Origin: Eledone cirrhosa
Lineage: Eukaryota
Assembly: GCA_964016885.1 (NCBI GenBank)
Contig: OZ024741.1
Span: forward strand, 59,086,001-59,150,000
Length of the DNA stretch: 64,000 bases
Reading direction: 5' to 3'
Notes under the pieces: generated by a model
Seen by the model: the letters and a program-made list of their open reading frames with translations, nothing else
What the model was told of the DNA's origin: nothing
Databases searched by the model: none
Position numbers and translations under genes: made by a program
In this document: piece after piece, positions 50,620 to 63,520 of the stretch
Layout: every line of letters starts with the position of its first letter
Numbering within the stretch: the first letter of the stretch is position 1

Positions 50620-51270
50620 TACTAGGGTCATTTGAAAAGTTCATAAGCTGACCAAGATGCTCTCATGGAATGACCAAATGAGGTTTATTTTTCAACATAG
50701 TCCCTGGAAAGAAACAATGCAGTTATTAATAAGAAGAGTTGAAATTAATGCATGCAAGATTTCACAGTCAGTCTATAAACTTTTCCGCTGACTCTCATAT
50801 GTATTAGATTTATGAATTAAAGTAAGTAAACTGCAAAACGAGATATGCCATTGCAAGCCCGTATTGTTCTCCCGCCACGAACGAAATTTTCCCATTTGAT
50901 TATAAATGATTAATTACACTGTGTACTCCTGGAATAGAAACTATGGAGTATCCAAGGGTTGATAAAAAATTGATATATTTAAAAATCAGTACAAGTTTGA
51001 ATCTCATTGAAGGTACTGGGGCAGTTTCAATCATGTTTCTGTTTATTACTGGTTCATATCTCATGCTTACTTAATTACAAGGGTTGGCTAAAAAGTTCAT
51101 AGGCTGACTCTGAAGAACTGACGCTAGAGCTGTGAAATCTTGCATTAAATTCAAATCTTATTAATAACTGCATTGTTTCTTTCCAGGGACTATGTTGAAA
51201 AATAAACCCCTTTTTTGTTATTCCATGAGAGTATCTTGGTCAGTCTATGAATTTTCAGCCAAACTTTGTA
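50620..51270. mobile_element. two copies of a mariner-type MITE in inverted orientation
   Basis: 50620-50799 and 51076-51270 are reverse-complement homologues; TA ends, TIR core AAAAGTTCATA.GCTGAC. Confidence 0.8.
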
Positions 51271-51669
51271 AGATGGGGTCACCATTTTGTAGAGAATAAA
51301 TATCAAATTAAATAAACTGCAAGATGGAATATGGAGGTTTGTATAATTTACATGTAAAGATGTTTTTCCCTTTTCATATATTTGTATACACTGATTAGGT
51401 ACATTGTGAAATACACATACTCACAGAAAGCTGCAGTATTTTTGCTAGTTTTTTTTATATTTTCCAAATTCAAGTGTAGATTTTGACAGATTTATGTTTT
51501 TGTTTAAATTTGCCATTTATTTTTCTTTATTATTTTTTAAATCAATATTTTATTTGATTTTTGAGTCCTATAATTTCATTGGCAAATGAAAAATGATTAT
51601 TCTACTTTTGTAGTATTTATAAACATTTTGATAATAAATCAAAATATACCATTATTATTATGATTATTG

Positions 51670-52205
51670 TTTTATGTTCTGAGTTCGAATCCCACCGGGA
51701 TTAGCTTTACCTTTCATCCTTACGGGGTTGATAAAATAAAGCACTGGGGTTGATTTAATTAATTTTCCCCTCCCCCAAAATTGCTGGCCTTGTGCATATA
51801 GTACAAATCATTATTATTATCATTATTTTAAATATAGGGCAGTGAATTGGCAGTATTGGTAGAGGGTTGGACGCCATGCATTCTAGCATAGTTACGTCCC
51901 TTTACGGTCTGAGTTCAAATCCCGCCGTGGTTAACTTTGCCTTTCATCCTTGCGGGGTCAATAAAATAAAGTACCAGTAATATACTGGGTAATTTCTGGC
52001 CTTGTGCCAAAAGTAGAAACAATTATTTTAAATATTGAGTTCAAATCCTTCCGAGGTTAGTTTTGCTTTTCCTCCTTATGGAGATGATAAAATAATGTAC
52101 CAGTAATGCACTGGTGTCAATTTAATCGAATTGCTGGCCATGTGACTAAATCAGAAACCATTATAATTAGGGTGATGGATTGGCAGAGTTGTTAGAGCAT
52201 TGGAG
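51670..52205 (+). mobile_element. head-to-tail cluster of four SINE copies/fragments
   Basis: B box + CTTTCATCCTT.CGGGGT..ATAAAATAA body three times, plus a head fragment. Confidence 0.85.
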
Positions 52206-52329
52206 AAATGATTAATAATTGTTTCTACTTTCCCTTTCTTTTCCAAAAGTAGAAACAATTTTCATCATTAGTTTTAGTTTTATTGCAAGCTTAAACTGTA
52301 TTGCTGAGCTGGTAGTGTTGTTTGTATTG

Positions 52330-52720
52330 TATTAAAAGTTCTCTGTGTAATATGCTGTAGCTAGTAGTACTATATATTGTATATATTTAAAATATATGGA
52401 CCATGGACATTTGGTTATGTATCTGCCTGTGAGTTTTTTATCATTCCCAGTGCACCTATTATTATATTATTTTTTATAGATATATTGTTTTCTGTGGGCA
52501 TTGATACATCAATTAGGAGGCGTTTCTTTTCATTGTGGTCTTTTACTACAATATTTGGTCTGTTAGTTTTGATCTCCTTGTCTCTGTGAGTTGGTATATC
52601 CCAGAGTCTGGTTTCTTTGTCATTGTTTGACACCTTGTCTGTTTGTACCACCTTTTTTTCTGTTGGTATTTCATTACACTGGCATAACCTCCAGTGTATG
52701 TAAATCCCAACTCTGTTATA
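52330..52720 (-). mobile_element. R4/Dong-like restriction-like endonuclease fragment
   Basis: LWDIPTHRDKEIKTNRPNIVVKD...LLIDVSMP..NNIS...IIIGALGMI. Confidence 0.8.
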
Positions 52721-53817
52721 TTGTTATTGTTGTTGTAGTAGTGACTGGGCAGTCCACAGATATATGTACTTTTAAGATAATTCTCAGGGAGATTCAGCAT
52801 AACTGTGTGTAATAAGACTGGCCCTTTGCATTACAGGTATAGCCCATCCAATAGGATTCCAAACAGTTTCCATCCACCCACTCATAATATATGGGTCAGC
52901 TCAAGACAATAGTGAATAACACTTGTCCAAGATATCCCACAATGGGAGGAAACTTAGGACCTAAAGATTGCGAGGCAAACTCTTTAATTATTTAGCTATG
53001 CTACATCCACTATAGTAATAGTAGTAGCAGAAGCAACAACAACAGCAGTAACAACAACGATAGCAACACCACCATGAACAAAATCAACAACAACAATGAC
53101 AATAGCAGCAGCAGCAACTTTTAAGTCCATTATAGAAAGATAGAATGCATTGTATGTTTAACTGCCTATGTTAGTTCTGAAGTATGATAGTTCGGTCAAC
53201 ACATTTATAATGCCACTTTAAAATGTAATGCTGATATTACAGAAGATAAGTGCTTTCATAAAATGTTTTTTTTTTCCTTTTGTGATGTAATTATATTTAA
53301 TGGAACTCGTCCCAGAAAGCTATTTAACAAAGTTAAAAATGAAAAAAAAATGGAAAAAAACTAAAAGACCTCAAAGCTTTGAAAGGAATAATTGAAGAAC
53401 TATTTAGAATATTTCAAAGAACTATGTTAACAGAACAACAACAACAACAGCAAACATCTTAAGGCCATTTCCCATGCTAAACAGGGTTTAACCTTGCAGG
53501 CTCCATGGCAAGTTCTATTTACTCCATCTTGTTTTTCTGAAATAGAACAAGATCAAAACAAAGATGTGATACAGAGGAGCAAGAATAGTTATTAGGAAGG
53601 TCACAGAATGTGTGCCGAAAGAGCTTTTACAATCAAATAAACAACCATCTGGTTACTAAACTAACCTAGAAATGGATTAGTTAACCAACTAATAATAAAG
53701 CTGAAGTGAAACTCAACAAGTATATGTGTAACATGAACCTATCAAAGTATAACAGTATCTGTTTCAACACACACTTTCATATCAAGAATCTTGCAAAGCA
53801 AATACAAAAATGAAATA

Positions 53818-54291
53818 TACGAAAGTCCGGTTATATGATGCCTGTGTGAGGTGCGCGATACTGCATGGTAGTGAGATATGGGCAGAAACTGCAGAGGACA
53901 TGTGACGGCTAGAGAGAAATGAGGCAAGCATACTCCATTGGATGTACAATGTCAATGTGCGTGAACAACCAAGCATGGATGTGTTGAGAGAGAAACTGTG
54001 TTTGAGAGGGATAAATTGTAGTGTGCGGGAGAGGAGACTGCGATGGAATGGACATGTGATGCGCATGGAGGATGACCGATGGGTCAAGAAATGCCAGTTG
54101 AAGGAAGACGTAGTAGAGGAAGACCATGAAAAACATGGGCGGAGGTGGTGAGAGCAGACCTCAGATCGCTGACGCTCACGGTGGGGATGATGAAGGACCG
54201 TGACAACTGGAGAGATACTGAATAGGACCCGTCCCACCCTTGCAAGCAGGGAAAAGCGGACGTAAAATGATGATGATGATGATGATGATGA
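53818..54291 (+). mobile_element. 5'-truncated RTE LINE
   Basis: Closely similar to the 3' end of 6210-6700; (GAT)n tail. Confidence 0.93.
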
Positions 54292-54834
54292 TATATATAT
54301 ATATATGTACTGTATATAATCAAGTAATAGTCAATCTCATGTAAAAGCCGACTACCTATTTTTGGCACAAAATCTGAAATTTTCCATAGACCTCATATAA
54401 AAGTTGACCCTAGTATTTCACAGATAACAGGTCAACATTTATGGGCCAAGGTATCATCCTGTACATAGTAGAAATAACACTGTTACAAATTATTTTGATA
54501 TTTGCCTTATCTTTTGTGGCCTTAAGCTACACCAGGGTTGTTCAACTTGGGCTGTACTACTCACTATTGGACGTTTTGAGATATTAGATGGGCAGTGTCA
54601 TGACTAGTAACAAATCAATAATGTGTGAAATAGCATATTTGAAAAACGTTTTTTGAATTTTATGTTTGGTAGGAAGAGGCATGCTTCTCTCACTTTAAAA
54701 TAGGCTAAAATGGGTAATAAGCAAAAAAGGTTGAATACCACAGATCTACATTGAATTTATAAAAAAATAAAAATGCAACAAAGAAATTAGTAGTCACTAA
54801 TCTAGCTATGAAGAAGACAACATTTTCGGTGGAG

Positions 54835-55501
54835 ATTGTTAGTACTTTATCCAAGAAATTTGGCTCAATTTTGAATCTTTTAGCAAAGCCTGATAAATTT
54901 CCAACAGGTTCGCATTTTGCTCTACAAACAGGGTGTTTGGGCACTAGTTTTGCACAAATTTTTTGCATGTGCAAATGTTCTGTTAAAATTCTGTGAACTG
55001 CATTTTTATCCAAGCCCGTTTCTTCTGTAATCATCCTAACACTTAATCAGAGATCTTTTTCAATCACCGCTCTCACCACTTCCATATTTGGTTCATTTTG
55101 TTGACGAAATTAGCCTTCCAGAATGAGGTTTGTTTTCAACATTTTCTCAATCCTCTTTGAAAAGAATATGCCACTTAAAAACTTTACTTCTCAATAAAGT
55201 TACATCTCCATAAGCTTGTTTTGAAGAATTAAATGTTTCGATGGCAAATTTGTTGAGTCTTACACAAAATTTGATTGCATTCTGTTGTTTGAAATTTTCC
55301 TGTATCGCAAACATAACAGAGGTTATAAACACATCTGTACTTAAACAGCAATAAGTCATGACTGACTCAATCGATCATGTTGAAAAAAGTATGTACATGT
55401 AGCCAAGGTCATAACCAACACACCTATATACATCAATGCGGTGCTGCATTACCAAGTCATACATAGGAAAATCAGTACCCTTACTTTTGGAAGAAACCTC
55501 G
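54835..55501 (-). mobile_element. mariner transposon 5' half
   Basis: QQNAIKFCVRL...AYGD...VFKWH; VHRILTEHLHMQKICAKLVPK; TIR-like CGAGGTTTCTTCCAAAAGTAAG. Confidence 0.88.
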
Positions 55502-55899
55502 AAATAACACTTACACCTTTAATAAAACATATCACTCTCCATCTATATTAATAATATAAACATAAATACATAAGTACACAAAAACTACACCTTAACAAAA
55601 AAAACAAAATATTTACTACAATCATCCATTTATACATAAACACAAACAAATAAGACACTTTAACAATTATAATTACAGTTGCAACGTAAACACATGAGTT
55701 GCTCTCTTGAATAACAAAAACACAAAATTATTATTACATCATGATTAACTCCCTTACACTTGAGATCTCATGTAAATGATGTCGGCCATATTGGTAATGC
55801 CTGATAGATCAGCAATACTAGCACATATGCGATCTCTAAGGCCTATGCAAGAGTAGACTTTGAAACCTTAGGTAGCATGCAGCAGTGTCGAGAATTTAC

Positions 55900-55947
<48 letters not shown>

Positions 55948-56832
55948 GTATGTATATGAGAGAGAGAGAAGAGAAAGAGAGAGATCCATGATTTCTTATT
56001 TAGTGGTGTATGGTAAACAATAGGTAGGCAATACCACACATCTTTAGAACAGCCGTGCAGCCATACAGCAAACAACAGAATTAATGTAAAAAATGCAAAA
56101 GCTAAATTTATTTTATTATAGTAAGTTAATATGTTATAGATACTCAAACACATTCATTAGTAAAGAACCAGTTTTCAAGAGTCACATATTTATTCATCTT
56201 TATTGTGTCAATCCCAAATCAGTTCAATAGATCATCCACTATAATCACGGAATCTAACAATTGATTGATTACTAGTAACTATGGGGCGAGTTATTGATCT
56301 ATTAAATGGGTCATATTAAAAGCCTGGTTTAACTTAATGTACCAGTGATATCATGATTCACTGATACCCTTCCAATGACAATGACAAATTACTATTTTGT
56401 ACTCGTTAAAGGAAAAGCCATTAAGATTTCCATTTTATTAAATGGCCTGTATGTTAACGTTTCACCTGATTTGGTTTGTATAATACATCATATAACCTTA
56501 TTTTATAAATCTTTCAAGGTGTCTTTATAACAAGACAACTCCTTGGTCAGACTGTTTTAGCTTTTTTGTTTATTTAAAAAATACTTTTGCCGTTTTGAAA
56601 TGAAGAAATCAAATGGACAAACAAGAGAAATGATATCAAACTATTTCTACTTCACTATCATAGCTTTTAACACTTAATGTCCTGCACCGCATGAAATCAA
56701 ATTAGCAAAACATTCTTGTAAAGTACAAAACAGCATTATGACTGCATCACATTAAATATTAAAATGTTTTCTCTAATAAGACAAATTTTCACAATGATCT
56801 GCCCATTAGTAAAGATACTATAAACATTTTAA

Positions 56833-57229
56833 TTAACTCTTAACACCCTATAATGATTTACCAGAAAATGTCTAAAAATGATTTTGTTAATTCAAATCAT
56901 TTTGTCTGCTTTTCATGCTGGCATGAGTTTGATGGGTTGTCATGGTCCAAGAGCAGATGAGTCGGAATGACATCATTTTGCTAATAGATTCCATATTTGG
57001 CATGGTTTCTATGAATGCATGCCTTTATCAATATCCTTTTTATTGGTGGACAGATTGTTGTGATAATTTTTGGTGTTAGAGAAAAGACTTCAATTTTTAA
57101 TGTGATGTATTGTAATGCTGTTTTATACTTTTCAAGAATGTTTTGCTAATGTGGTTTCATGTGGTACAAGAAATTGATAATTAACAAACTTGTATCTTCT
57201 GCTAAATTATTACAGGATGTTAAGATTAA
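56833..57229. mobile_element. TTAA-flanked MITE with SINE-like insertion
   Basis: Imperfect ~35-bp TIRs; body homologous to 4905-5110. Confidence 0.65.
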
Positions 57230-57397
57230 GAGAATGTCCAAGAAAATATAAAGTCAGTTATAGACTTTTTATCACCATTCCTAATTTAAATACTGCAATT
57301 CTTCCAATTTCTATGTTATCTGCGATAATAGAAATTTTACATACGAGTTTTGATTTACTTTGACAAACGAAAAACCATTAGAATTATTAGCATTGTA

Positions 57398-57444
<47 letters not shown>

Positions 57445-57835
57445 CATCATCACCATTATCATTATTATTATTATTGCTGCTGCTGCTGCTGCAAATAACA
57501 GCCAAAGTTAACATTAACAAAGCAAAAAATGGACAATTCCCCAACCCCCTACGTTTTCTTTTTTTTTTTATTATTAATACAGATATCTTTTGTGGTTTCT
57601 AACAAGAACCAAGATATAACCAAAATACATACCTGCAATGTTTCCAAGCAGTAATCGTTATTTGGTTTTTACTTGAAGACTTTCCTAGCTAATCATAACA
57701 AAGGAATCAATATGAGGTTGTGAAGGTAATTTGGGGGGAAATGGGAAAAATATCGATTATTTGTAAATTTCAAATGAAACAGGTGTCCATGAAAACACAG
57801 AACATGCTGAGTGTCTTTTATATGTATATGTTTGT

Positions 57836-57880
57836 GAGTGTATATATATATATGTATGTATATCATCATCCATTTTCCAT

Positions 57881-57917
<37 letters not shown>

Positions 57918-57946
57918 GTATGTATGTATATCATCATCCATTTTCC

Positions 57947-58017
<71 letters not shown>

Positions 58018-58053
58018 TATACATATATATATATATATATATATATATTATAC

Positions 58054-58111
<58 letters not shown>

Positions 58112-58225
58112 ATCATCAATTTTCCCTGATATATATATGTATGTATATATATCATCATCCGTTTTCCCTAATATATATATATACATTTTTATATATATCA
58201 TCATCAATTTTTCCTGATATATACA
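57836..58225. repeat. compound satellite: ~25-bp motif alternating with (TA)n
   Basis: TATATCATCATCCATTTTCCCTGAT, 5 copies separated by variable TA runs. Confidence 0.9.
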
Positions 58226-59022
58226 CACGCATGGATATTGATCAGGTGGAAGAGAGGTGCTTGATATCAAACATATATTATTCAATATAAGACACTCTGT
58301 ATGTGTCCCTGCCTGAAAGCCAAATTCAATCATTTCCCCCAAAAAACAAATCATCTGATTGTTAGCTTTTTGTATGTTGAATGGATTCTTTTCGTCTTTT
58401 ATATACCTCTTCCTTTTTTTGTGGAGAGGAACTAAAAAATATATTGAATAACTAGAGAACCTGTACTGGCAATAACGTTGAACATATTTAATTTTTGGAG
58501 TTCACAATATATACCAGAATTACTGGAGAGGTGAACAATCATTTGAACTGAGAAATTTGTGTTTTGATAAATTAATGATTTGCATTAGAGAAACCCCATA
58601 GTTTATGCTCATTGCTGAGATACTGAAAGTCATATATATGAGGATTACTGGATATATGAACAATTATACAAACTGGGAAATTTGTGTTTTGATAAATTTA
58701 GGGCTTGCATAAGAGAAAACCTATAGTTTTTGTTGATTACTGATGTGAAAGTTATTGTAGCAGCAACATGACTGAGATAGGAAGTATATTGGGTGTATGC
58801 TTGTGCATGTGTATGTTTGTGTGTGTAAATTTTAAAGATTTACAGGTGGAGATATATATAAATAAATACACAAACACACATGGTGCATTATTATGGTTGA
58901 TAACTCAATATTTTATTCTTTGGTTCAGAGCAGCATAGTACTTCTTATATCCCTAAGTCTCTCAGCCTCTCTATCCTTTATACATGTATAAATATATATA
59001 TATATATATATATAGAAGAATT

Positions 59023-59090
<68 letters not shown>

Positions 59091-59094
<4 letters not shown>

Positions 59095-59255
59095 GAAACT
59101 CTGCTTCAAAGGATTGAGATGTGTCTGAAGAACTTGCGATTTCAGAGTCAGGTTCGATCATCACATCGATCGTGCCTTGAGCTGGTCGCCAGGGAAACGA
59201 TTGTAATATGTCTAATAAATTTTCGTCGCACCACTGATTCTCCATTTCTTATGTG

Positions 59256-59256
<1 letters not shown>
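59091..59256 (+). mobile_element. ~165-bp hammerhead-containing mini-insert flanked by (TA)n
   Basis: HHR 59117-59213: AGATGTGT-CTGAAGA-A-CTTG...CAGG-GAAA-CGATTG-TA-ATATGTCT followed by AATAAA. Confidence 0.82.
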
Positions 59257-59286
<30 letters not shown>

Positions 59287-59857
59287 CACACACATATACA
59301 TATATAGATACACATACACATATATATATACACACACATATATACATATACACACACACATATATATTTATTAAAATAACAGATTAAAGTTTAAGCAAAG
59401 GTACGTATATATTACCTGTATGTTTTGTGAAGGTACTTATACTTTCTCATACGTATATTTGATTGTATATGTTATGGCGTATATTTTTATATATTCTGGT
59501 ACATATGCTTTTGGTTATGTGTATACGTGAGTTTTGCGTCTGTGTGAGTATGCGGGTTCGTACGTATGTAGGGTGTGTGTATATGTGTACTTTGTGTTTT
59601 GGTTGACGTACGTCTCCAAACATATGTGTATTTACATGTAGGTATGTGTGTGCGCTTGTTATATACGTATTTATTTATTTATATACGTTTATTTAATTAT
59701 TTGTATACACACACACACATATATATGTGCGTGTATTTGTTTACATATGGCGAGTGTTTTCGCGTATGCTTGTGTATGTATTTTTAATTTCAATTACCTC
59801 TGTATTTTATTTACTTTATTCTTAACTCTGAAGCCGAGAATCATTCGGTTTCCTAGT

Positions 59858-60125
59858 TAGAATTTTAGTCTACGACTTCAGTTATACCATTTACGTGGTT
59901 TTGTCTTTTGTCTCACCGCTCCACATATGACGTATTATCTTCGTTTTTTCCATTCATTGCCAGAGAACGTCTCTATGAACCACCTAATAGAATATTAGTC
60001 TACGACTTCTTTTATACCATAAACGTGGTTTTGTCTTTGCGTGTAATTGTTTTTCACCGCTCCAAATAGTGACGTATTATATTCGTTTTTTCCCGTTCTT
60101 TGCCAGGGAACGTTTCCACGAACCA
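59858..60125. repeat. diverged ~130-bp tandem duplication
   Basis: TTAGTCTACGACTTC...CACCGCTCCA...GACGTATTAT present twice. Confidence 0.85.
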
Positions 60126-60203
60126 AAGTATCGTCTTCCTGTCTTCCTCCGGTTGCAACGTTTTTTGAAATATTCACTTCTGCGTTCACAGATTGACTTT
60201 GTT

Positions 60204-60254
60204 AGTTTCAGAAGATCCCGTTAAGGGTGAAAGCAGTGATTCTTTGCTTAAACT
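60204..60254 (+). ncRNA. decayed type I hammerhead motif (U4A)
   Basis: AGTTT-CAGAAGA-TCCC GTTAA GGGT-GAAA-GCA...TGC-TT-AAACT, then AATAAA, ~100-bp tail and (TA)n. Confidence 0.55.
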
Positions 60255-60361
60255 TTAATCTGTTATTTTAATAAATATTTGCTCTACGGTTCTTATATAT
60301 TTGATATATTTTTATCTTTATCGAGCCCTCTTTGGATTTTAGTCTTCAAATTTATTATTAT

Positions 60362-60428
<67 letters not shown>

Positions 60429-60602
60429 TGTATATATGTATGTGTGTATATTTCTAATGAAATACACTGCCTGTGATTTTCAAATAATTTTGAAAATAAT
60501 CAAGAATTTGATCATATATCTTTCTCATTATTTATTTGGTGTTTGAAACAAAGATTCTTACATAAAACAACAATGGAAAGTTTTCAGATAAATATAAGCA
60601 CT

Positions 60603-60818
60603 TTAACCCATTAGCATTTAAACCAGCCATATCTTGCCAGAATTCTCTCACCTCTTTCTGTTCAAACCAGCCATAGCTGCCTGCTCATACTTATGTTAAG
60701 GTATTGTTCTCAAAATAAATAATATCAAAATCTCATAGCTTCAATATTATGTGAGATAAAGTGTTTACTGTGAAAATACAATTGTAAATATAGAGTAATG
60801 GAAATGCTAAAGAGTTAA
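60603..60818. mobile_element. TTAA MITE nested in another TTAA MITE
   Basis: TTAACCCATTAGCATTT...AAATGCTAAAGAGTTAA; relative at 49540-49619; the host element resumes to 60882. Confidence 0.75.
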
Positions 60819-62754
60819 AACAAACAATTTTGTATTGTAGAACTTGGGTCTGTTTCAAGCAGTTTGGTATCAAAAGGGTTAAAATATCAAAATCTTCACA
60901 GTCTCATTTTCAGAAATAGAATGTCCACACTAGTGGTGTATTGGTTATCTGCTTAGCAGTGATAGTAAGGTTTCATGGGAGTGGTAGTAAATATATATAT
61001 ATCAGACTTTTGTGTGATAGACAGCCTGGGTGTAAATCTTATTTTAATGATGTAATAAATAGTTGATGTGTTTGCCATAAAAGAGTATTTGAGAAGAAGC
61101 CTTCCTAGAATTAATGATTTTGTTTGAATACTAAAATAATTATTGATATGGCAATCACTCTAATATTCTCTCCAATATCCTTAACATATATCACTTTTTC
61201 TATTTCTCACTCTGTGTATTTAATTTCAATATCTACTGTGTTAAACGAAGCAAGTTAAATGGCATTAGGGAAAGTAGATATATCAGAAATGTAATGAGTT
61301 ACCTATATAAACAATTTTACAGATGCTGGTATGGCTATGGGATTAAGGAATTCGCTTCACAGCCATGTACTTCTGGGTTCAGCCCTCTTGTATGACAATT
61401 TGTAAAAATGCCATCTATGGTAGCTTTGGGTTGAATGGAATTTGGTAGATGGAAACTATAGAAGTCTGCTGTATATAAGAGTGTGGGAATGTATGGAAAT
61501 AAGATGTAAAATATAACTCCGGTTCATCTGATGTGTAAGTGCTTGGTCTGTGATGACCTGTCCAACCTTTGCTAGCAGAGAAAATGGATGTTAAATCATA
61601 TGAGTGTCTGTGTTTATGCCTCATAACTTAGTGGTTTGACAAAAAGAGATTGATAAAATTAATACTCATGTTGGTATAATCAACTAAATCAAAGCAGTGC
61701 CTCAGCATGGCTGCATTCCAATGATTGTAACCAGTAAAAGAAGAAAGAATACCATTATTTCTACCATTATGTTTACACTTGCTTTCTTCCTCAAGATATG
61801 TAATTTGAGTTACTTTACAAAAATGTTTTATTGTGAATTAGGAAATGTATAATAACTAAAAAAAATGAAATAATTTATTGTTGAACAGAATGCATAAAAA
61901 AAAGGATAACAGGAAGTGAGAAAAAAGTAGGGAGAGAAAAATTAAATAATGAAAATATGGGAAAGTAGATTAGGTAGTATATCTTGGCAGTACCCTGTAG
62001 ACAGAATAGTATTGCCGTGGAGAACAGCCAGTAATATCTGACACATCAGCTATTCCACTTCATGGGGCTCTTCTATCCTCAGGTGTGATGCACTCTACTT
62101 AATTTTGTGGAGAAAAACGGCAGTCTGGGGACCAGGATTTATTTTACACCTAAAGTGTAATAGCTTTAGAACCTTCCCCTTCCCTGTTCATAGCTGTTAA
62201 CAATTCCTACTTTACAGATGCTCTCCTTCCTAAGTAAATAATAATATTTCTATAGATCTAGCAAAATACTGTATTCCAACTGCAAACAATTCATTTTAGT
62301 TTTGTAATAAAACTTGAGTATTCTATTTAACGTTCTATTAAGAGAGGGCCCCTTACCTATCAAATAGTAAATAGTATTTATTCCTCATTGACAATAAGGA
62401 TGAATATGTTATTAATACAACATTGAAATACACCAATTGTTCACACAGCATTGCTATAACATTCTCCTATTCTCAACAATTCAGTTCATTGTTATTTCAG
62501 TATGATTTGTTAGTAAGTTACCAATAAATCTTTTTAAAAGAATGCTAACTGAATGATGGAATAAATTAGTATATTAATGGAAAGATGCAATAAGTTACTA
62601 TTTAGAGTATGGATGAACAAGAAATAATATTCCATTACAAAACTATTATATTAACAGAATGTAATCAGAGATAATTATAGGATGAAATTAACTGAGGAAA
62701 ATAGTTTGTAAATCGACATCGAAAAACCCAATTAACACAGAGGTGGAGGATAAT

Positions 62755-62930
62755 GGTTTCTGATTTAGGCACAAGGCCAACAATTTAGGGGAAGGGGAAA
62801 GTCGATTATATCGACCCCAGTATGTGACTGGTACTTTATTTTATCGACCCCGGAAGGATAACTCAGAACATAACACTATGCCACAAAGCATGTTGTCTGA
62901 CGCTCGACTGATACTGCTAATCCACTGCCC
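62755..62930 (-). mobile_element. tRNA-derived SINE with internal deletion
   Basis: GGCACAAGGCC...CTGGTACTTTATTTTATCGACCCC...AACTCAGAAC. Confidence 0.8.
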
Positions 62931-63044
62931 TACAAAGGTGGAGAATAGTATCAGAATCTCAAGAGCTAAACTAAGCATAAAATTGTTTTACACATGTCAA
63001 ACTATTTGAAAATCAGGAGGGCATCTCACCCGAGGGAGCAGTCC

Positions 63045-63520
63045 TATGTGGTTGAATGGCTGATGTAATGGGTTATACTGGTTGTTCTTTGTGGCAATAT
63101 TTTTGCCATCTTGTCCTCTATGCAGTGCAAGATAATACTATCCAAGCAGAGGTTTAGGGTTTGTCCCATGAGGTTGAAAGGATGATGTAGCAGATGTCAC
63201 TGATGTTCTCTGTAACAATGATTTTGCCATCTAGTTGACCATGGGGTACAGCTGCTAAGATATATTACCAGCTAAGAGTATAGAGTTTGTCTTTTGAGGT
63301 AGAATGGCTGATGTAGTTAGTATCCTTGGCTGTTCTCTGTGGCAATGCTTTCCCCCATTTTATCCACCATGAGGTGCAGCAGCTAAGATGTACTGTCTTG
63401 CCATGGGCAAAGAGTTTGTCCCTTGATGCTGTGGATTTTGTTAGCTATTCTCTGTGGCAGTGTTTTCCTCATCTTGTCTGCGGGGTATACCATCCAACTA
63501 AGAATTTAGAGTTTGCCCCT
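63045..63520. repeat. diverged ~122-126-bp tandem repeat, about 4 copies
   Basis: Recurring GAATGGCTGATGTA...TGTTCTCTGTGGCAATG...CCATCT...AGAGTTTGTC. Confidence 0.7.

Noticed and set aside
57836-58225. CRISPR-like repeat-spacer pattern
   Set aside because: Spacers are only (TA)n runs, the context is eukaryotic, and there are no cas genes
57838-60476. Many YI-repeat ORFs
   Set aside because: Translations of (TA)n microsatellites
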